A stretch of DNA of 10,314 bases, from NCBI GenBank assembly GCA_964353445.1, contig CAYGVN010000023.1, forward strand, positions 1-10,314. Direction: 5' to 3'. The position numbers and the translations under genes are program-made. Every line of letters starts with the position of its first letter. Within the stretch, counting starts at the first letter, position 1. Below are positions 1-4,179 of the stretch, in pieces. This DNA comes from Candidatus Woesearchaeota archaeon. Its GTDB lineage: Archaea > Nanobdellota > Nanobdellia > UBA10117 > CAYGVN01. The notes beneath the pieces are model-generated. The model saw only the letters and a program-made list of their open reading frames with translations, did no database searches and was not told the DNA's origin.

Positions 1-58
1 CTGGTAGAACGCTCGCATGGCATGCGAGAGGCCTCGGGTTCAAATCCCGACCAGTCCA
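1..58 (+). tRNA. tRNA-Ala (anticodon GGC), 5' part cut off by window edge
   Basis: Anticodon arm ctcgc-ATGGCAT-gcgag (12-28) with GGC at 19-21. Variable region aggcc (29-33). T arm tcggg-ttcaaat-cccga (34-50). Acceptor 3' strand ccagtcc (51-57) has U at position 70 (t55), the partner of the G3:U70 alanine identity pair. Discriminator A58; CCA not encoded. Confidence 0.85.
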
Positions 59-72
59 CTATTTAATGACAA

Positions 73-246
73 GCCGAGGTAGTTCAGTGGTAGAACACCA
101 GTCTCATACGGCAGCCTTTCTTTTTTGCGAAAGAAAGTCTCCCGGGCATCCAAAGAAAACGCTAGTGTATCGCTAACGCGATACACAAAGGATGCTCGCA
201 GAACTGAGTAAGCTGGATGTCGTGAGTTCGACTCTCACCCTCGGCA
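73..246 (+). tRNA. tRNA with CAU anticodon (elongator Met, or Ile2 if C34 is modified), interrupted by a 102-nt intron at 37/38
   Basis: Acceptor gccgagg (73-79) pairs fully with cctcggc (239-245). D arm gttc-agtggta-gaac (82-96). Anticodon stem ccagt (98-102) / gctgg (212-216), CAT at 105-107. Variable atgtc (217-221). T arm gtgag-ttcgact-ctcac (222-238). Discriminator A246. G1:C72 and the absence of a GGG/CCC anticodon stem argue against an initiator. Mature length is 72 nt after removing 109-210. Confidence 0.85.
109..210 (+). other. BHB intron of tRNA-CAU, 102 nt, internally structured
   Basis: 3-4-3 bulge-helix-bulge. The outer helix is the anticodon stem. 3' bulge taa (209-211), central helix ctca (103-106) / tgag (205-208), 5' bulge tac (107-109). 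Cutting after the second bulge nucleotide on each side gives 108|109 and 210|211. Internal helices: 116-123/130-137, 143-151/190-198, 165-173/178-186. Confidence 0.8.
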
Positions 247-252
247 TTAATC

Positions 253-1476
253 ATGGAACCCAAGACAGACATGGAGAAAACAAAGGAAAGGTGGGATATT
301 ACCAAGAAGTATCTCAAAAAAGCAGCAAAATTTACTAGGGACAAACTGATTCTTATCCGTCCCCTGAGCAAAAGGGAGGAATTTCAGCTTAGCAAAGTAA
401 ATCCTTACCTGTCTCCTAAAGAGCTTAAGCTATTGGTCAGTTTTATTAAACAGAAAAAGGCGAGCATAAACCTCAATAGGCTTGGCTGGTCTTTTCTTAT
501 AAGCGGAAAGGACTTGCTGCCTGAATTAATTTCAGATGCAAAAGAAATTCAGGAATTGAATGAGAAAATACAAAAAATATTTTACAAGGAAAGATTTGAG
601 GAATTTTCAGAGCGTGCTTTTGGAATCCTTCCTCAGCTTATTGCTCCTAATTTGGTTGGTTTATTGCATGCCAAGCAGGCTGCTGCTCTCCAGCTCTTTT
701 CTACAGAGCCGATTCACATTTTGCTCTTGGGAGACCCAGGAACAGGCAAGACAGAAATAATCCGCTCTGCAGCTGAACTTGCGCCGATTTCATCTTTCGG
801 GCTGGGAAGCGGAACATCTGGAGCAGGATTGTCAGCTACAGTTGAAGGAAAGAAGATTCTTCCAGGCCTTCTGCCTATGGCGCACAATGGAATCTGCTGC
901 ATTGACGAGCTTAACCTGATGAAAAAAGAAGACAGAGCTTCGCTGTACAATGCAATGGAAAAGGGCTTTGTTTCATACGATAAAGGCGGCAAGCACTATA
1001 AGTTTGATGCTAAGATTAAATTATTATCCACAGCAAATCCAGAAGGAGACAAATTTAAATCTTATAAACTTGAGGCAATTAAAGAACAGCTTCCTTTTGA
1101 TTCTGCTCTTCTCTCAAGATTTCATCTTATTTTGTTTATTAAAAAAGTAAGCCTGGAGAAATTTGCAGACATTGCTGAAAAGCTTATACTCAACGATAAA
1201 TCTCTGATAAATAAAGCAGATATTTCCTTTATTAAGAAATACATAGCATATGCAAGTAATTTGGACGCAAAGCTTCCTCATCACCTCAGCTCCAAAGTCA
1301 AAGAATTTGTAATGGAGTTAAAGAAAAATGAAGACAATCTGCCTTTTGAAATAACGCCGAGAACAATTCATGGAGTGCTTCGGCTTGCAAAAGCATCTGC
1401 GCTGATGGAACTGCGGGAAGAAATTGAGCCTAAGGATTTAGACAGAGTATTTAATATTTTTAACAAACAGCTTTAA
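253..1476 (+). CDS. MCM-family AAA+ ATPase, truncated form (AAA+ core only; no N-terminal OB/zinc domain, no C-terminal winged helix)
   Basis: 407-aa ORF. MCM-type motifs occur in canonical order: IAPNLVG..AKQAAALQLF, Walker A GDPGTGKT (aa 160-167, nt 730-753), SGAGLSA, Walker B CCIDELNLM with following DRASLYNAMEKG (aa 215 onward), sensor-1 STANP, arginine finger LLSRFHLI (aa 286-293), FIKKYIAYA, sensor-2 region ITPRTIHGVLRLAKA. Only about 125 aa precede the core and they contain no cysteine. An alternative start Met lies at nt 271. Confidence 0.8.
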   Translation: MEPKTDMEKTKERWDITKKYLKKAAKFTRDKLILIRPLSKREEFQLSKVNPYLSPKELKLLVSFIKQKKASINLNRLGWSFLISGKDLLPELISDAKEIQELNEKIQKIFYKERFEEFSERAFGILPQLIAPNLVGLLHAKQAAALQLFSTEPIHILLLGDPGTGKTEIIRSAAELAPISSFGLGSGTSGAGLSATVEGKKILPGLLPMAHNGICCIDELNLMKKEDRASLYNAMEKGFVSYDKGGKHYKFDAKIKLLSTANPEGDKFKSYKLEAIKEQLPFDSALLSRFHLILFIKKVSLEKFADIAEKLILNDKSLINKADISFIKKYIAYASNLDAKLPHHLSSKVKEFVMELKKNEDNLPFEITPRTIHGVLRLAKASALMELREEIEPKDLDRVFNIFNKQL

Positions 1477-1511
1477 TTATTATGAAAAAAATGTGTTGCA
1501 AAACTTCGCAC

Positions 1512-1517
1512 TTTTTT
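1512..1517 (+). terminator. Oligo-T (T6) tract, candidate archaeal terminator for the tRNA/MCM-like unit
   Basis: First run of at least 5 T downstream of the stop at 1474-1476. Archaeal RNA polymerase terminates at oligo-T tracts. No experimental support. Confidence 0.3.
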
Positions 1518-1577
1518 CCATTCCAACGACATTCGAAGAATTTCGTGGACCCACAAAAGCTTCGCTTTGGTTGGTTC

Positions 1578-1601
1578 CGAAAATTGGCTGCCCAATTTTC
1601 G
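1578..1601. repeat. Perfect 10-bp inverted repeat (hairpin or palindromic site) abutting the GT2 stop codon
   Basis: cgaaaattgg (1578-1587), loop ctgc (1588-1591), ccaattttcg (1592-1601). The GT2 stop codon is at 1602-1604. The repeat itself is certain; its function is unknown. Confidence 0.6.
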
Positions 1602-2294
1602 TTATTTCCAATACCCATTTGTTACAAGTTTTTGGCCTAATTTAATTCTGATATAATTTAGAATATAATATTTAAAGCTCATCAAATAGAAATTTTTTGC
1701 ATATCTTCTGTCAGATACCGGCATTTTAAGCTCTTTGAAAAATTTTACTCCTCCTTTTTTCCTTAGCCTATTACCCATGTCCCAATCTTCTAATATAGAT
1801 GTTTTAAATGGATTTTTCTCGAGAACTTCTTTTTTAAAAGTCATGTTTGCACCGCAGATAGACGGGCAATTAAAGTGTTGAAGAAATCTTGGAAGCCAAT
1901 TAGTGCATATTTTTAAAATACGCGCAACTTTTTTATTGCCACTATACGGAACAAGTGGACCACCTATGCAGATATTATTTTGCATCAAACTCAGGATTTT
2001 TTCTGTCCAGTCTGCAGGCGGTCTTGTGTCTGCATCGCAATAAGCAACAATATCCGCGGATGCCACTTTAAAACCCAGGTTGCGGGCATCGCATACACCA
2101 TTAGGCTTCAGCTCTAAGACTATTCTATCAGCATATTTTTTAGCAATTGAAAATGTTCTGTCAGAGGATTGACCGTCTACTACAATTATTTCAGGCCTTA
2201 TTTTTTGGCGGGCTATACATTTTAGGCACTCTTCTATCTCATTCTCTTCGTTTTTGGCAATTATCACTACTGAAAGTGCCGGTTGTTTTTCCAT
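1602..2294 (-). CDS. Family 2 glycosyltransferase (GT2)
   Basis: 230-aa ORF. N-terminus LSVVIIAKNEENEIEECL is typical of the GT-A fold. Also VVDGQSSDRT, a DxD-type CDADT motif, and a length typical of small GT2 enzymes. Confidence 0.85.
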   Translation of the reverse strand: MEKQPALSVVIIAKNEENEIEECLKCIARQKIRPEIIVVDGQSSDRTFSIAKKYADRIVLELKPNGVCDARNLGFKVASADIVAYCDADTRPPADWTEKILSLMQNNICIGGPLVPYSGNKKVARILKICTNWLPRFLQHFNCPSICGANMTFKKEVLEKNPFKTSILEDWDMGNRLRKKGGVKFFKELKMPVSDRRYAKNFYLMSFKYYILNYIRIKLGQKLVTNGYWK

Positions 2295-2302
2295 ACCTTT
2301 AC

Positions 2303-2335
2303 TTAAAAAGAGTTAAAAAACATAGTTTATAAATA
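2303..2335. promoter_or_regulatory. AT-rich divergent promoter region (candidate TATA boxes for tRNA-Thr and GT2)
   Basis: TTAAAAAA at 2313-2320 is centred about 28 nt upstream of the tRNA-Thr 5' end (2345). Palindromic TTTATAAA at 2326-2333 is centred about 35 nt upstream of the GT2 ATG (2294, minus strand). Assigned by sequence resemblance and spacing only. Confidence 0.35.
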
Positions 2336-2344
2336 TAATCTTAT

Positions 2345-2519
2345 GCCTCGGTGGCTCAGACGGTAGAGCGTTGCCTTGGTAACAGCAGCTTCTTTCTTTC
2401 GCGAAAGAAAGACGCTCCTGGGAATCTAGAAAGAAAGGCGTGCGACTTTTAGTCGCACAATACTGGGTTTCCACGGTCCAGAAAGGCAAAGGTCGCGAGT
2501 TCGATTCTCGCCCGGGGCT
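2345..2519 (+). tRNA. tRNA-Thr (anticodon GGU) interrupted by a 102-nt intron at 37/38
   Basis: Acceptor gcctcgg (2345-2351) / ccggggc (2512-2518) with one U-G pair. D arm gctc-agacggta-gagc (2354-2369). Anticodon stem ttgcc (2371-2375) / ggcaa (2485-2489), GGT at 2378-2380. Variable aggtc (2490-2494). T arm gcgag-ttcgatt-ctcgc (2495-2511). Discriminator U2519. Mature length 73 nt. Confidence 0.85.
2382..2483 (+). other. BHB intron of tRNA-Thr, 102 nt, related to the intron at 109-210
   Basis: The outer helix is the anticodon stem. 3' bulge aaa (2482-2484), central helix ttgg (2376-2379) / ccag (2478-2481) including one U-G pair, 5' bulge taa (2380-2382). Splice sites are 2381|2382 and 2483|2484; a one-nt shift gives the same product because of flanking A residues. 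Internal helices: 2391-2399/2404-2412, 2417-2427/2465-2476, 2440-2447/2451-2458. Confidence 0.8.
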
Positions 2520-2521
2520 TT

Positions 2522-3004
2522 CTATTTCAGAACTTTAATTGAAGGGTCTATGATTATTTCAATGCCTGCTTCCCTAAGCAGTTTTTCAGCCATTTCAAAA
2601 TTATATGGCTGATTGCGCAGTTTGGGAATAAGCTCATAAGTGTCTTTGTTCGAATATACTTCATCTGGAGTAATTAATTTAACCAGCCCCGCCTCGATAA
2701 TGGATTTTGCACAATCTGCACAAGGAAACCACTCATTTAAATATATATTTCCGCCTGAAGTTTTATAGCCAATTCGAGCAGCACGAGAGATTGCTCTTCT
2801 TTCTGCGTGAATTGTTGGGCAAAGATGCATCCCTTCTCCCGATGCATAGCCTTTTCTCAAACATTCACTGTGTTCAATTTTTATTGGAGGACCATTCCAT
2901 CCTGTAATATATCGCTGGTCAGCAGTTTCAATCAATGCGGCAACTGGATGCTTAAAACAAGCTCCTTCATCCAATGCTTCTTTTAGTAACTCATTGATTC
3001 TCAT
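2522..3004 (-). CDS. Deoxycytidylate (dCMP) deaminase, zinc-dependent cytidine/deoxycytidylate deaminase family
   Basis: 160-aa ORF with the catalytic signature HAERRAI followed by PCADCAKSI (HAE...PCxxC zinc ligands). The preceding CLRKG..SG...LC block is typical of dCMP deaminases. Its stop codon lies 2 nt from the tRNA-Thr 3' end (convergent). Confidence 0.85.
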   Translation of the reverse strand: MRINELLKEALDEGACFKHPVAALIETADQRYITGWNGPPIKIEHSECLRKGYASGEGMHLCPTIHAERRAISRAARIGYKTSGGNIYLNEWFPCADCAKSIIEAGLVKLITPDEVYSNKDTYELIPKLRNQPYNFEMAEKLLREAGIEIIIDPSIKVLK

Positions 3005-3029
3005 TACTACTTGTAATTCTAGAAGGGCA

Positions 3030-3040
3030 TTTATAAAAAT
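3030..3040 (-). promoter_or_regulatory. Candidate TATA box for the dCMP deaminase gene
   Basis: The minus strand reads ATTTTTATAAA. It is centred about 30 nt upstream of the ATG at 3004, which fits a leaderless or very short-leader archaeal mRNA. Confidence 0.45.
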
Positions 3041-3061
3041 TATTTAACAGAATAAAACAAA

Positions 3062-3676
3062 TTACTTCGCGCCGACTAATCTTTCCAAAGGACTTCTGCT
3101 CGTAGCGTGCTTAGTGAATGCCTGCTGGAAATCCTGCTTTTCAAGAATTTCTTCGTAGACTGAAATTGTTTCTTTCGGCACTAATTTTCGCCAAGGTCTC
3201 ACAGGTTTTTCATAAGCAGGTCGCTTGATAACATCTTGACAAGAATAATCAGGACGTTTAATTATATCATTGTAGAGAGATTCGCGAAATTCTGTTGCTG
3301 AAGTAAATGTACCTCTCTTGCGTTTTTTACATTTATAGTCATTAATTTTTGCAGCGAGTTTGTGAACAAAGTCTCCGCCATGATACACAGCATCTTGAGG
3401 CACATTAGATTTTATTCTATCTCGTCCTTCGATTATGTTTCTAGGGCTGGTCCATTTAATATAAAAAGAAAAAATATGAGCTTCATCTTCATCACAAAAA
3501 GCACGAATAACGTCATGAATCTCTTCGTATGTGAAAGGATTGTTAATGTTTCTTCCTTGAGGATGTACAATACCTATTGCAAATGGTTCAGGCATGGTTT
3601 TGAATAGATTTTCATGGTCTTTGTGGACCCCTTGGAATCTTCCTGTTGTCCACGACTTTATACTGGAAATATCCAT
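3062..3676 (-). CDS. Nucleotidyltransferase of the archaeal NMN adenylyltransferase (NMNAT)-like family, divergent
   Basis: 204-aa ORF. GRFQGVHKDH aligns to the archaeal NMNAT signature GRFQPFHKGH. NNPFTYEE aligns to ENPFTAGER, and TSATEFRE to the SxTxxR ATP-binding motif. The C-terminal approx 70 aa are basic and carry an imperfect repeat, DIIKRPDY / DVIKRPAY. Confidence 0.55.
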   Translation of the reverse strand: MDISSIKSWTTGRFQGVHKDHENLFKTMPEPFAIGIVHPQGRNINNPFTYEEIHDVIRAFCDEDEAHIFSFYIKWTSPRNIIEGRDRIKSNVPQDAVYHGGDFVHKLAAKINDYKCKKRKRGTFTSATEFRESLYNDIIKRPDYSCQDVIKRPAYEKPVRPWRKLVPKETISVYEEILEKQDFQQAFTKHATSRSPLERLVGAK

Positions 3677-3698
3677 AATTTATTGTCTAATAGTTATC

Positions 3699-3706
3699 TT
3701 TATAAA
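3699..3706. promoter_or_regulatory. Single palindromic TATA box (TTTATAAA) shared by two divergent genes
   Basis: Centre is at 3702.5. That is 26.5 nt from the minus-strand ATG (3676) and 27.5 nt from the plus-strand ATG (3730). It is the only strong TATA-like element in the 53-nt intergenic region. Confidence 0.5.
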
Positions 3707-3729
3707 TTGTATTTTTTTCTGTTAGAATT

Positions 3730-4050
3730 ATGGTAGTCAAAGTATACAAGGTTGAGAGAGCCAGTCTGAGCAAGCTGAAAGCTGTGCTGGAAGCCCAGGA
3801 GAAAGACGGCTTCATAAATGAATTTGCAAGGCACGGCTATAAACTCTGGGACGCAAAGACATTAGAGTTAGGCGGAGATGCATCATATCTTTACATAAAC
3901 GCTGAAAATGATTTTTTCAGCAGAAATGAAGGGAAACTGAAAATTACAGGTGTTCAGGCTCTCAGCGGAAAAGATTTGGAAAAAGTTAAAAAGAAAATAG
4001 AAGACGCAGAAGAAAGCGCTGAAGCTGGCTTGGGTGCTATATTCGGGTAA
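3730..4050 (+). CDS. Hypothetical 106-aa protein with a ribosomal-stalk-like acidic/hydrophobic C-terminal tail
   Basis: The ORF starts about 27 nt from the TATA box. The C-terminus EDAEESAEAGLGAIFG resembles the conserved tail of archaeal stalk proteins aP1/aP0 (acidic run followed by GLxALFG). I do not recognise the N-terminal approx 85 aa. Confidence 0.7.
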   Translation: MVVKVYKVERASLSKLKAVLEAQEKDGFINEFARHGYKLWDAKTLELGGDASYLYINAENDFFSRNEGKLKITGVQALSGKDLEKVKKKIEDAEESAEAGLGAIFG

Positions 4051-4063
4051 AAAAACATTTGTT

Positions 4064-4168
4064 GGGCCTGTGGTCTAGTGGTTATGACGTCGCCCTATAA
4101 AGTAAGCAAATTGTTTGCTTTAGGCGAGTACAAGGCGGAGGTCGCCAGTTCAAATCTGGCCAGGCCCA
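4064..4168 (+). tRNA. tRNA-Val (anticodon UAC) with a 32-nt non-canonical intron between positions 33 and 34
   Basis: Acceptor gggcctg (4064-4070) pairs fully with caggccc (4161-4167). D arm gtct-agtggtta-tgac. Anticodon stem tcgcc (4090-4094) / ggcgg (4134-4138). T arm gccag-ttcaaat-ctggc (4144-4160). Discriminator A4168. Removing 4097-4128 gives the loop CU-UAC-AA and a 73-nt mature tRNA. The exon sequence CCCUUACAAGGCGGAGGUC resembles archaeal tRNA-Val sequences as I remember them; I could not check this against a database. Confidence 0.75.
4097..4128 (+). other. Non-canonical BHB intron of tRNA-Val (32 nt)
   Basis: Inner helix taaag (4098-4102) / cttta (4118-4122). 5' bulge cta (4095-4097). 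Central 4-bp helix cgcc (4091-4094) / ggcg (4123-4126). 3' bulge agt (4127-4129). Outer helix is only 2 bp (4089-4090 / 4130-4131). Cuts after the second bulge nucleotide fall at 4096|4097 and 4128|4129. Confidence 0.7.
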
Positions 4169-4179
4169 CTTAAACAAAA

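Noticed and set aside
109-210. Box C/D guide RNA hidden in the long tRNA introns, as in archaeal tRNA-Trp introns
   Set aside because: Only a CUGA (204-207) is present in the first intron. There is no RUGAUGA C box in either intron and no CUGA in the second. The conserved blocks shared by the two introns are not C/D boxes.
162-371. 69-aa minus-strand ORF from the track
   Set aside because: It lies antisense across the tRNA-CAU intron and 3' exon and the start of the MCM-like gene. It has low-complexity hydrophobic content and no recognisable motif. The tRNA and the MCM-like CDS explain the region.
560-1150. Three short ORFs (560-760 +, 714-992 -, 950-1150 +) inside the MCM-like gene
   Set aside because: They are alternative-frame or antisense ORFs within a CDS that has strong family motifs. 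None shows a motif of its own.
1482-1643. 53-aa plus-strand ORF (MKKMCCKTSHFFPF...) in the convergent intergenic region, running into the GT2 3' end
   Set aside because: It has no motif and an odd composition. It overlaps the GT2 coding end antisense and contains the T6 tract I take as a terminator. It is probably a chance ORF.
1-2520. Integrated mobile element targeting the tRNA genes (suggested by MCM paralog next to tRNAs)
   Set aside because: No integrase or transposase is present, and I could not find a direct repeat of any tRNA 3' segment (att-like duplication) in the window. The idea is kept only as a caveat in the MCM finding.
3730-4050. Calling the 106-aa protein simply ribosomal stalk protein aP1
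   Set aside because: The length and tail fit. However, the N-terminal domain lacks the characteristic aP1 helical dimerisation sequence and the Ala/Pro hinge, and the genomic context is not ribosomal. It is left as hypothetical and flagged as a finding.
4090-4138. Reading tRNA-Val as a canonical 37/38-intron tRNA with anticodon AUA, or as a type II tRNA using ggcga (4123-4127) as the 3' anticodon stem
   Set aside because: An A34 AUA anticodon is not expected, and no 3-4-3 BHB can be drawn for a 37/38 intron. The alternative 33/34 model gives perfect BHB geometry and a standard Val(UAC) loop.
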